Below, piece after piece: positions 26,710 through 40,100 of a stretch of DNA of 64,000 nt. Made by a program: the position numbers and the translations under genes. The stretch's first letter is position 1, and each line of letters starts with the position of its first letter. The stretch is taken from positions 11,966,001 through 12,030,000 of the forward strand of contig CM022665.1 in the NCBI GenBank assembly GCA_012295275.1. The letters are read 5' to 3'. The notes beneath the pieces are model-generated. The model was not told the DNA's origin and searched no databases. It was given only the letters and a program-made list of their open reading frames with translations. This DNA is from Chrysomallon squamiferum (taxonomy: Eukaryota > Animalia > Mollusca).

Positions 26710-27732
26710 AAAAAAGTAATCGTGCATAATATAATGTTGCATATAATTACATGTTTTCAAAATAAGAAAAAAAAAATAAGTATATTTTGGTCAGGTCACA
26801 CCTCACATATACATTTTATTCAGGGTACACAATTTTGTTTTGCTATTTTTTTGTGGCCATATGATAATAACACAATTTATGTTTTTGAAAATGAAAAACA
26901 CTGGTTGCTTTACCATTTGAAACTTTGGAAAATCACATTTGTTTAACAGAATACAAAGGTTATGTTAAACCAACATCTTTGTGCTGTTGGTATGCTGAAA
27001 GAAGGAATGGCACAAAACAAAGTTACCTGCTAAATTCTTTTCATTATCAACAACAGGGCATCAGCCATGATTTGCCAAGGGCTGACCATCTTCATTTGAT
27101 GTCGTATCAACAAGATAACCATATAGTATGATGGTTTGGTGTGGTATTGCATCTCATGGACAGACCCAGCTTGTCATTATCAATGATGGTTTGACTGGTA
27201 TGTGTTACCAAGATGATATTGTTTGACCTTATGTCCTACAAGGTGCAGGGATATAACACTGAATTACAGCAGGATGACATCTGCCCACATATTGAACTTG
27301 CTGAAACAGACTTCTTAAGACTGCCTGTTTCTCCAGACATCTCACCAGTTGAACATGTCTGGCGTGAAATGAAACAATTAGAATCAGCATGTAACACTTG
27401 CCCAGTTGGAACAAGCTTTGATTGAAATACAAAACTCCATCCCATAAGTTTTTTTCAACCATCTAGTTTTGTCTGTGGGTGCTACTGCCAAGTCTGTTTC
27501 AACACTAATGGTGGTCACAAACCATATTGACTCTGAATTATCTTTTTCTACCACCCCTCTTTGGGCTGTAGCATAGTGCTTAGTGTTAACATGTAATGAT
27601 TTTGAGTTTCCAGTTTCAGTAAATAAACATTTATAACACACATGCCAAAAATTACCTTGTTACTTTCTAAACAGATGTGTGTGTATACACACACATACAC
27701 TAAGCTCTGTTCATGATGTACAGTTACTTTAA
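26710..27732 (+). mobile_element. Decayed Tc1/mariner DNA transposon, copy 1 (transposase pseudogene remnant)
   Basis: Fragmented Tc1 transposase motifs MVWCGIASHGQTQLVII, LQQDDICPH, PVSPDISPVEHVW with stops and frameshifts; degenerate inverted termini (aaaagtaatcgtgcat.. / ..atgtacagttacttt); similar along its length to 32840-33920. Confidence 0.8.
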
Positions 27733-28100
27733 TTTTTACACTTTTTCTTTATTTGTCATGATATTTGTTTTCATTGCATTTCTGAATAATAATAATAAGG
27801 TTCATGATGTTTTTGTATTTGTCTCAAAGTCTGAAGTAACAAATAGGGATAAAAATCAAATTGTTTTCTTTCTTAGAATATAAACTTTTATAATTTAAAA
27901 CATAATACATAATAATAAATGATGTTCTGACATATAACACTATTAAATGTACCAAATAATTAAATTTTAAAAATAACTTTTTTGTTGGTAACTAAATACG
28001 CCAGTACATTATTTCTTAATAAAGGTTTTCTTTGTTTCAGAGCTAAACATATTTGACAAAGCCCATTTTATCAGTGTACTAAAATAAACAATACTCAAAA

Positions 28101-28172
28101 ATGGCAACTGAAAATGACATGCGATCTGAACTTCAAGAGCTGCAGATGCAGGCTAATGTAATCACTGATGAG
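28101..28172 (+). CDS. SNAP25: SNAP-25 first coding exon 2a: [24 protein letters not shown]
   Basis: Acceptor tttcag at 28040, aaaATGg start, donor GAG|GTAAGA; resembles the SNAP-25 N-terminus MAEDADMRNELEEMQ...DE. Confidence 0.93.
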
Positions 28173-31100
28173 GTAAGAAAATTATATACTAATATATGAA
28201 ATTCTTGAGCTATACTGAACCTAAGAATATACCATTATTTTGATTAGATTTTATAGTTTCACTATTAATTTTAACATTTATGGCAGGTACCACTTTTTAA
28301 ATTTGTTTTCTAAACTCGCATTACATTAAGTTGAAAAAATATTAAATAAAACCATTTTAATAAACGTGCATTTTTATAACTTATTACAAACAAAATTACA
28401 TATATAACACAAGTGAAAAATGTTGGATCTTTTGATCCCGAGATTATTTTTTTCTGTGCTATGACAATTATTTGGATACCAGAAGATGCATAAAGTAGTA
28501 ATCTTTTGAAATTATTGGATGCTGAGGGGTTGCTTCATATAAACTACTGGATTCTTCAGTCACAAAAAGAAATAAGAAATGAATAAAAAAATTCACTTGA
28601 TCTATTGAATCTTAAACAGGGAGTTTTTATTCAATAAAATGAATTTAGATTTACCTGATTTAAGTAAAACATATGGTAAAGAACTTGTTCCAGGAAAGAA
28701 AATGGGGTTAAACAAAAAAACAAAATTGATTTATTATGAATTTGATTAATATCTGAAAAACATACCTTGCAGGAAAATAGTTGTACAATTAGTAGGCCTT
28801 TGTCTTAGCAAAGGCACCATTTTTAGTGCATAATGAACAATTTTCCCCATACCAGGATGAAGCTTGACATACTAGTGTACTTTTAACAAATGAATGCAAA
28901 TTGGGTTGTAGATGCAGAAGTAACATGGAGCCCTTTTTGTCAAATGTCTTTGATGCACGATCCTCTGATAGCAGTTTCACCCTGCCATTTGCAGGTATTC
29001 AAAAACTTTGTGTGAAACAGCTACTCCACAGTAAGAACATTCTTTTAAAAAAAAAAGATATATATTTTTTGAAGATTACTATGAATATTGAATATTCAGG
29101 CAGTTAGCAATGTCTTTGCTCAGAGAATCTGCACAAAACTAGGCCACTAAACTTCCCTCTTGGAAATTTAATCAGCATAGTCGGAGAAAAGTCACATTTT
29201 ACAAGCATCCTAAAAAATCTGTAAAAACACACCAATATAAATTACATAAACTTAACTATGGTTCTGGAGAAATTGATGATCTTTCCACAAATTCTCAGCT
29301 AACTCATGAACAAGTCATTGGTACCTGACATCATTCTGTGGGATTCCCTGGTCAAAACCAAGATGAATATAATTAAGCTTAAAAATACATGTTTCATATT
29401 TTTGTTTTGGGAACAGAATCCTAACTTGTACAATAAAATAATATAAAACAAAAATATTTATTCCTTACAGAATTTAATTGGAATATATAACAAAGCATAA
29501 TAGGTTTAATATAATTTTAATTATTTTGTATTAGTGGAAGTACTATTGTTTATTCTAACTTGCAAGATCATGGTAAATGTTAGGTTTTTTTTCTAAATTC
29601 ATACCTCATTTTAAGCAATTTAGGATCCTATATATAGTGAAAAAAAGACTTAATGAATTTAAGACTTAATCTGCCTTTCAGATTATTGGTAACTGTGATT
29701 TGGGTTAAAAAAACAAAAGCTGCAGCTGATTTTGGCTTGTGACTGAAAATAAGTTGGATCTTGATAAATAATAATATTAATATTAATGTTCTCATTATCC
29801 ATCCTATTGTAACTCATTCTAATAAAAGTAATAGTAATAACAACTGAAACAGGATCTCTAATCAGAATCCGGTGAAATCAGAAAGTGGGAAAGGCCGTTT
29901 TCATTTGTGAACCTATTATTTTGTGGTTTATGAAACATCTTGCTCAATAATTCAGTTATCATAAAGCTTTTTATTGATATTTTTGTCAGTTCACAGGCTG
30001 TTGCTAGTACTATCAGATTTCTGACTCATTCGCCCATGCTGTTGACACTTAATATAAAATAAAACAAATGTTTGTTATTGAATTAGAAAATTAGGTCTGT
30101 ATTCATGGTCTCAGCAAGCAACAGATGATGCCACTGTGTAGATAATATTGCAAAATAAATATGGATAATAATACAGCAAAATATTAAAGTTAATATTTTT
30201 TTTATATCAGTTGAAAATGAACAAAGTACACATGTATTGTAAAATACAGTTCTTGCCATTATGAGTTGTCTCTTTATAGTATCTGTAATACATAATCTGA
30301 ACAAATATATATATTTTTAATTTTATTATTATCTTCCTTAGCACAGCTCCCAAGCCACTATTCTGAATAATTATCATTTAGAAAGTACGTAGGAAATTAT
30401 GTGTGGAGCCAAAGGCATGATAGCTCAGAAACGGCATGGAATCAGTAATTTTGTAATGTTCTGTATTACTAGGACATTTCTTCTGATGTCACATTGAAAT
30501 GGTTCTCTGATAACTAATTAAAAACATAAAGTGACAAGTCATAAATTATAATTTGTACTTAAAACTGGAACTTTTGTCCTTAATTTGACATTTGTTAGGT
30601 TTTTTTATGCTTTTTATTTTTTATTTTGTAATTGATGGAGCTTTATCTATTTTTCTGATTAAAATGAAAACTAAATGCCAAAATTAATGGAATTTTGTCT
30701 GCCAAAAAATCAAATGTCTACATTTTTGGAGCTATTAATTTTTTTAATAAACAGTTGAGTGGCAGTGTCACAAAAAATAAATACATGTTGAGTAGTGAAA
30801 TTTTATTTCCACTTGGTGATAATATTTCTCAAAATCTGAAAATCCTTGGTGAATCTTTTCTGTGGTTATTAAATTCTGTATTTTTTGGAACTAGTAAACT
30901 AAAGTAATTAAATTGGTTGGGTTTCACAAATAATATTAATATTTACAGAAAATATGCATTTGCATGTCATTTACATTATTAATTTTTTCTGAGCTTTTTA
31001 GAGTATAACAACTGGTGTTTTTTTTTAAATTTACAGTTCCATGTAAGATTCAGAATTTATTTAATTGACAAGCAATGTTTTGATCTCAGATTTTAATCAC

Positions 31101-34100
31101 AAAACAAATATTAGAAATTAATAGCTGTTCAGCAAAATTCAGCTTCCAAAACAATAATTTTTATTATTACTATTATTATTTTTTAATAAAATAATAGTTC
31201 AAATTATTGCAGATTTTTCATCTTTTTTGTTAACTGGATTTTAAAAACCCATAACAAAAACATTAAAATGATGAAACATGTAAGTTTTGGAATGGCTCAA
31301 GTTAACTGAACATATAATTTTCCTTCATAAATAAAATTTTGTAAAATGATAAGTTAAATGTTAGGAATTAATTTTGTGGGGGTTTATGGTGTTTTTTTTT
31401 AATTTCCCCCAGAATGTTTATATTACTAATGTAAAATAGCATTTATGTGTATGCATTTCTGACAAGTTGTGTATTTGCACTAAATTACTGACCTGCTTCT
31501 AAGTCAACTTAAGATTTTACCAAAATACTGAAAGAAATGCTCATCAGCATCATTTCATTTTATGTAAGTTTTTTAAAATTATTATTTATACAGGCGTTTA
31601 TCAACAATCTGTAAACTCCATTGTTAATTTGCTAGTTGGGAGTACCTTCCATATTCACAATAAAAGCAAATACTGGAAGTTACTGTTTTTTTTAATAATA
31701 TACTATTTTTAACAAATAAAGAAAAAAACAAAACAAAAACAACTGTAACACATATTTATATATATCTGTTTCATAAATGCTTCTTTTCAAGCATCTTCCC
31801 ATTCTTTCAGCTGTGCTCCAATTAAAACTCATGCAGCCTTTTCTTTGGGTAGTGGTTTTTGTTAAAAAACAACCACTGGCTTTAGTTTTGTCCTATCAGT
31901 CAAACAAGCTAAAATCATGGTAAAATGTATCTCATCTCCACAGTTTCATTGAAATGGTTCTTCCTTTCATACAAACAAGGTAATTTCCTGGCATTTCAAA
32001 AAACAAAACATTGGCATTTTATCCATGTTACCAATATTTATGATAAAATAAATCACTTTCTTTTGTTTATTTTTGGGATACAGATATAATACCCCTAGGA
32101 CAAAAGTCCTCCCAATCCAAAAATGTTCAGGTGAACAGAGGCCACTAGTGAAAAAAACAACATAGTACAAGTGCACTCCACTTAAAAAAAAACATTCTGT
32201 CATTGACTGATATTTTCCCTGACACATAATTATCAAAATCATGGAATTCTTTTAATTAGTTATTCAGTCAAGTAAACTGGGAGTAATCAGCTTTAATAAC
32301 TGACTAACTTTAAAAGTAATCCATATTCAAGTGAACTGATATCACCATGATAATTATAATCAAAAGGTGTTAAACAAAGTTAAATACTTAATTTATTTTG
32401 CCATGGTAGTGTGAGACACTATGTGACATAGTATACCTTAGAAAATACAAAATGATTTTGTCGTGAATCTAGTTAGATCTGGAGTTCTGTCAGCTTTTGA
32501 TATTATTTTCAGAATGAAAAAAATCCCATCATAAACTGGTACATTATCTCATTTTGGATCATGTGACTCCATGCTTTGGTATAAAGTCTCAGTTCAGTTT
32601 GCATCCTTCATCGTAATTGTAATCACTTTCAGTTATTTTGTATTAATTATGTTTTTATTAGACAAACACATTAAACTGATTCATAGTTATGCCATTGTTA
32701 TAGTGATATTGATAAAGATACGTAGTATATATACTTTAATAAAGTGTGTGTTTGCAAAGTTACTTTTTATCTATGTCAGGGCTTTTGTCCTACCTTGTTT
32801 TTTCACTGGGGGGGCTTTTGTCCTACTTTGCAAATGAGCTTATGTGCATGATATAATGTTTCATACAATTACAGATTTTCCAAAATTAGAAAAGGGAAAA
32901 ATCAATACATATTGATGAAAGTATTGTCTTTGATATTCTGGTCAGTTCACTCCTCACACATACATTTTATTCAGGGTGCGCAAATTTAGTTTTGCCAATT
33001 TTGGGGCCACATGATAAACACTTTGGTTTTGAAATTGAAAAAACACACAATGATTGTTTAACCATTTATAACTCTGAAAAATACAAGGATCATGCAACAG
33101 GAACCATTCCTGGGTTAAGACCAATTAGTGCCAGGATCACATCAAACTGGTTATGGAAACCCAACATCTGATGACTAGCCATACTCCCACTTTGGCTTCT
33201 ACACAATCAGCAGGCCTGCTTAACATTGTGCCAGCAACATCTAAGGTTCAGGCGACAAGACTGAGACAGTACTGTTCACAGATGATTCCAGGTTTCACCT
33301 GGACAGCTGTGATGGATGTGCAGTGGCCTAAAGACATCAAGAGGATTGTTTTGTCAGTGTTTGCATCATTCAGCATCACTGTTTGGATGGGGAAGTGAAA
33401 TGGTTTGGAGTGGTATCACATCTCATGGACTGACCCAGCTTATCATTATTTGACTGCTATATGCAACCAAGATGACATTTGACCTTACCTTCTACTCTTT
33501 TCTCAAGCACAGGGATGTAACATTGTATTACAGCAGGACAACATCCGCCCACATATTGAACATGCTGTAACTGACATCTTAAGAAAACAGAACATTGATG
33601 TTCTTCCCTGGCTCCCTGTTTTATCAGACCTTTCACTAATTGTACATATCTGGGATGACATGGAACAGTGTTTACATTGTAACCAGAATCACCCTGTAAT
33701 GCTTGCCAAGTTGAAACAAGCTTTGATTGAAATATAGAACTCAATCCCACAAATCTTTTTCAACTCTCTAGTTTTGCCTGTGCAGTGCTGTTACCAAGCC
33801 TGTATGTATCAATGCTAATGGTCACACACACCATATTAACTCTGTGAATTAACTTCTTATACCACCCCTCCTTTGGGCCATATATTACAGCTCTGTTCAT
33901 GATGCACAGTTACTTTTTTCCATTAGTATAGTTTATATTCTGCATCATATAAATTGTTTACATATTACCATGATTGAAGTCTTTACTAAAGACACTGAAA
34001 TTTACAAACTACAGTAGAATGCAAAATTACACTAATATTTATTATTGAAAATCTGACTGAGCAAGAAGTTTAAATATAATCATTTGTTTTACACACAATA

Positions 34101-37100
34101 TGTCAGACTATATGATGTGTGGATTATTAAGAGATCTTTGTTGTATTTAAATGATAGTGAAAAAATAGGTAACTTTTCCACATTATCAAAAGTCTTGGTA
34201 TAAAACAACAAATTTTAACTTTGACACCTAATATAAAATTTATCACTGAGAATAAAATATTTTTGATTGTTTTTAACAGAAAAAAATAAGACGTACAAAT
34301 TTATAAATATTTCTGCCAGAAGGATAGAAAAGCTTAATCTAAAATCTTCCAAGGGTAGAAAAGCATAACCTAATATTTGATGAAATATTTAATTTAATTT
34401 TATTTTATTTCATTTCATTTTTAATTTCAATATTTATTTAAATTTTTTATTTTTTTTAATTTCGATTTCATTTAAGTTTGATTTAATTTTAATTTAATTT
34501 TATTATTATTATTTAAACCTATCTTTTGTATTTTTAATCAAGGAGTGCAGTGGCAAAAATAATCTTTATTCTTTAGGCCTATTCCAATGTGATTGACTTC
34601 TACACCAAATGTAAGAATAATGTTGAATACTTCTTTACAAGAAGAAATTAGGAAGGCAGTAATTGGTAATCCATGAGACCTCTTGACATAAGTATGTGAC
34701 AAAAAAATAAATAAAAATTATTTCTCCATCATTGGAAAGAGCATTGAAAAAAAATAAAATAATACCATACTTTAAAATTAATGGTATTTTAAACACCTTT
34801 TTTCTTTCTTTCCTTTTTTTTTTCTTCCCCACCACCCAAGTTTTATTGAAACAATACTTCAATTTTTATTTTATTATTTTGTGTGTGTGGAAACCCTGTA
34901 TAAGTATTACACATGTTGCCTATCATTACTGAAGTATACATGTTGAGAAAGGTTTCGTCAAGTTACCAGTGCACAAATGTAGTACAAAGACTGAGTTATT
35001 GAGTTGGCAGTTTATATCCATTCTGAGACTTTTGTTTGCCAAATTATTTTTAGAGATTGAATCATTGCTATTCTACACACAACCTTTTTCAGCAAATAAA
35101 TTTATTTTAAGTTGTTAGTAAATTGTTTAACAATGAATTTGGTTTTTTATTCATTGATATTTCATTACATCATATTTCTTTTTTTCCTCTTTTATCTTTT
35201 GTCATTTTAAAATAATAGTTCAGTCAATGATTCTAATAATTAAGTAGTCTGTATCATACTGGACTTTTCTATTGTGGAGCATTATAGTATATATCAGGAG
35301 TAATCACAAATCATAATTTAATTATATATTTTGAAACATTTAAAAAAGAAAAGAAAAAAAAGAATGAATATTAAATGACATGTTTATACATTTAATATTA
35401 TTATCAGATGTAAAGCACATTGGTTTTATGTAATGTTGATACAAGAAAGGAAACCTGCTGCTACAGCTCCAAAATTGTTCTTACTGGTTTTGTATGTTAT
35501 GCATAGAATCTTTTATGTGCAATTTTTCATAGACTGGAAAGCAAATACACATACTTCATTGACTAATTCTGAAGCAGTCCCTACAAGAATTTTGTGCATC
35601 AGACAGCATTGTATCAGGAAGCTTAACACTGTTTATTTTTTAAAATTAAGCAGAATTTGTTAACATTATGGATTTTTAAAATTTAATTATTTAGAAGGTA
35701 ATATTTGTTTTCTTTAATGACAGTTTTATGGTCCTTTAATCAATTTTCTTTTATCACCTTTTTATTGATAAACATTTGATAAATTTACAAATGAAATCTA
35801 CCTACATTTTATCATTAGCATCTGTAAATCTTTTGTGTAAAATCAGTATATGTCACCCTCTGGAGTTAACATCGTTTTTAATAAAAAAAATTTAAAAAAT
35901 TTCCATCATAGTATTGTTCATTTTTCAGTTGGCTGTTATAACATTTAAACTGTAAAAATGTATAAAATTATGAAACATTATCTAGTACTTTTATCTCGCT
36001 TTATATAATGAGATAAAGACAAAATCAAATTGCTGGTGCCAAAATAAACATGAAAACATAAGGGGGGGAAAAAAAATCAAAAGTGAGCATTAAAAAATAT
36101 TTTATATATGAGCAAATATTTCTTTAAAAATAATAAAATTACTGACATTTAATAAATAGAAACTATTTGACACTGATTACATATAGCTGGATGGTAAATT
36201 GTTGTAAATTCATCTGTATACTGATATTTTAAGTTCTTTAATCTATATTTACCCATTGTAGCACTTTCACTTTTCTTTGTAATAATGTTGAGTAATGTAG
36301 TTACAACACAGAAAACAGAAAATAACAAATGTAGCCAGAAATTGTTACTCCATTGCATTTCTGTATATCTGCTGAGCAAAGATGATATAAATTGCGTATG
36401 CATGTTGATTTCACACTGCAATCAATACATGAACAAAATGCCTATGATGATTGATTTTGTTATGATTCTGTTAGTGTCTTTCTAGTTTATTTTACAGTGT
36501 ACTTTTTCCGAAAGGTCTGGGCATAAAAAATTAATCATAATCCGACTCCATGACCATATTTATAACAGAATTATTTTCCAGTCTATTCCATCAGCCTATG
36601 AATTGCTCAGCATTGTCTATTGTAATGCAGTTCAAAGAGTCAGACTCATTAAAGGCACAAACCAATAAGCTCATGCCATCTGAGTATAAATCTTAACAAT
36701 GGAATTACAACAAGGATGTGCGCATACAGTGTTCCATATTTAATGTCATGTGATGTTTGTAGATTCGGTTCCACTAATAACAGCCTTTCTCACTGTGGTT
36801 TGGATCTTAGCATGGTTATACAAGCTTGCCATAGCTAGTCTTGAAGGAATCCTAGACATATGCACTATTACCACACGTAGCAATTGATTGGCATTCTCTG
36901 GATATGTAGTGTTTAACATGATTAGTACATAACAGCTTGTTGACATCTAAGCTCTGTTTCATGGCAGATAGCTGGAGTTTACCTGCAATTTAAAGCCATT
37001 TCACTTAGTCTTGGTAATTAACGTGGCTGTATGCTGGCTTTGGAGCCTCACTGTAGATTTCATAATTTGATCACTTGTTTGGTGTTACTGTACAAACTGT

Positions 37101-40100
37101 TCAACATTTTAAGTGCCTATTACACATATGTATTTTAAAAGCCTTGTACATGTGGGATATAATTCTTAGTGTTATTTTGCTTTTCCACTGAATTGGCTGG
37201 ATATACTTTGTGGTATCTAACGGTGTTTTCTAAACATCGTTGGAGGTTGTCTTTTACTAAGTAAATGAGCAATGCACAAGTTCAAAATGGTGTGGGTCCA
37301 GCAGGTGTTGACATGGATAGTATGGACCCCGAGGCAAGAGAGCTCATGGTTCAGATAGAAGACAATGTCAATGAGGTAGATTATTTTTATTTTATCTTGT
37401 TAATTAATTAGTATTCTTGTCAGATTTAAATTTTGTGATATTTAATAAATGTTCATGTATGGAATAAATTTTATTATGAATTTAAAGTAATTTGTTACTT
37501 GTAATTTCTTGAATCAGTAATGAAAATACTAAAAAGGTTTCTTCCATTTAGCTGAAATTTAAAATTACTATTAAATGATGGTCGAATTACATTTCTGAAC
37601 AGAATACAGAAAAATGATTACATAATAATCTGTCTTTTTAGAATAATAGATTTTAAATGTTTTTCATCATACATTATTGCTTTCTTTTTCATCTCTTTTC
37701 ATAAGAATTTTCATAATAATAATCTATATGAAACTATATTTTGTAGACTTGAGTCTTTTGGTAAACCATATAAAAATAATGGATTAGTAATATATTTTCA
37801 GTAAACATACCATAAAATTTCTATATATATCTGACTTTAGCCCTATTGTTACATTATCAAGGCGTTTGTTAAAGAAATTATTACTGTGTTGTTGGGTTTT
37901 TGGTTTTTTTTTTAATTACTTTGATAAGGACGGAGCCAATATTTGGGAGCTTCATTTGTCTTGTGACTAGTTGCAGATGAAACAAATTCAATTAGAGGAC
38001 TTTAAAAATCGATATGCATTGGCAGCACAATATTTCAACACTTGTTAATGATTGCATAATCTTTTTTTATTTTTTTATTATTTTTTTTTTTCATAACAAA
38101 TAAAAATACAGTTTTAATTATATGCAAAATAATATTTAATTTGGATATAGAAAATTAACTTTATACCCACTCCTTAGTTATTTACAAGATATACAGTTTT
38201 GAAGTACATTTTATTTGATCATTTTGTCATGAAATACTGTAATGTAATGTGTAAAACCAATAACCTAGTTTTAATGTAATCATAATATATGCAAATGTAA
38301 TGAACAAAAAATAAATGAATTATATCCAGCTTTAGATTCAATGTGAATTACAGAATCCCAAAGTTCACGTTATAGAATGAAAAAACCCAGAAAAACCCCC
38401 CAGTGTTCTACTTCTCACAAGCAGCATTTCAAAGACTTTAGGTTTCCTGGTGTGTATTCCATGATAAATTCCAGCCTGTAGTTTGACCATAGGGCATGAA
38501 AACAATTCTGTTATTCCCAAACGTTATCTGAAAACAGATTGGAATATGTGAATCTTTTCAGATGAGCTAACAATAAGGAAAACAAATTCAACATTTCTTC
38601 TTTTTTATATCGGATTTATTGAACCAATTCTCTGCTTTATGGAATGAATATCTTCTAGCTGTACATGGAATCTTTTGACAGGATTGACCTTATAGGGACA
38701 CATTTAAATGAAGTATTGCATATTATTTTGTATATTAAATTGATACATTTCCTATTGTTTACATAGAGGTATGTCAGATCTAAATATGTAAAACCAGTAT
38801 TAAAAACTACAGAAATTATTATGGCTTACATTTATTTGTGTAGTTGGTAATGTTTACATTAATAAAAAGGAACATAATCTAACTTAAGCTAGAGGAATTT
38901 ATCTTACTAAACTTAAATTTATTATAAAATGTCATACACTATGCCAATTTTCTTCCTTTTTTCAGTTTTTTCTTACTGACTTACATTCATTCATTTGTAC
39001 ATAGTTCTATTGATTTCTAACCTGTTTAGACACCTTTTGCTTCATTGTTTTATTCTAACACTTATTTTTCATTGATTACTAATGATTTCTCTTGTTTTGT
39101 CAGAAACATATGCCCTGTGGACAAATACAGCAAAATGTGTACAGAACATTTACTTTTTAGATATTATTTATTTATATAATAATATTCTATCACTTTGGCT
39201 TATCCGTAACTTGATAGTTATTTCAGCTCTTTTATTAATATATAATAATAAAATACAAGGTTTAAAGATAATTATTTTGTATATAATGTGCTTGTCAAAT
39301 TCATGTTTGTCAACTACAGCATAAAAGAATCACCATTTGAGCAGTATGTAAGTGTATCAGCATAGTTATTGATTATTTGGTGTTACCCTTCTTTGTGTTC
39401 TGGTGTTGATTTGGATCTATATGAATACTGTATTCTATAATAAATGAGAAATTTATCTCCTTTCTCATTGGTAAATGAACCTCCCAGGACCATCAGGGGT
39501 CTGTCATGCAATGATTAATGCCTGAATGTTTTCCTTTGGGTATTTGTTTGGCACTACTTTATGCAAAATCCCAAGATAACATCTGTTTGGAAATGTGACA
39601 ATAATGATAATACATTGTTACATCACAATAGATGGTCTTCAGGTTTGCCATAAAATAGTTATGTTTTCTTACAACATTTTATGTCATTTATACACCTATA
39701 AAATGATGATTTAAAGTTACTCAGTTAATAATAATGACAATTGTTTCTTTTTATCTGATAACAATAGTTAATATTTTACGATAATTGGCAGTAAATAAAA
39801 ATATTCTTCCAAAACCAGTTTAACTTTGCTTTCTTTTCATTGTTTGTTGTTGTTGTTATTATTATTATTAATTTTCATATAATTTCCTGCAGAATATTTT
39901 TTTTGGTGGGGGGGGAATTTGATGTTTTAACATTTTTATACGTTAATTTTATCATGTTAGAGCAAATAAACTACTTGCTAAACATAGCAGTGTGGCAAAT
40001 AAAATTGTCCAGACAAATTACCGATATACTCTAGATAGAAACCTTAGCTGTGTTTTATCAATGCCAATTTAGTTACAGTTGTGTTTTCTAAGCCAGTGAA

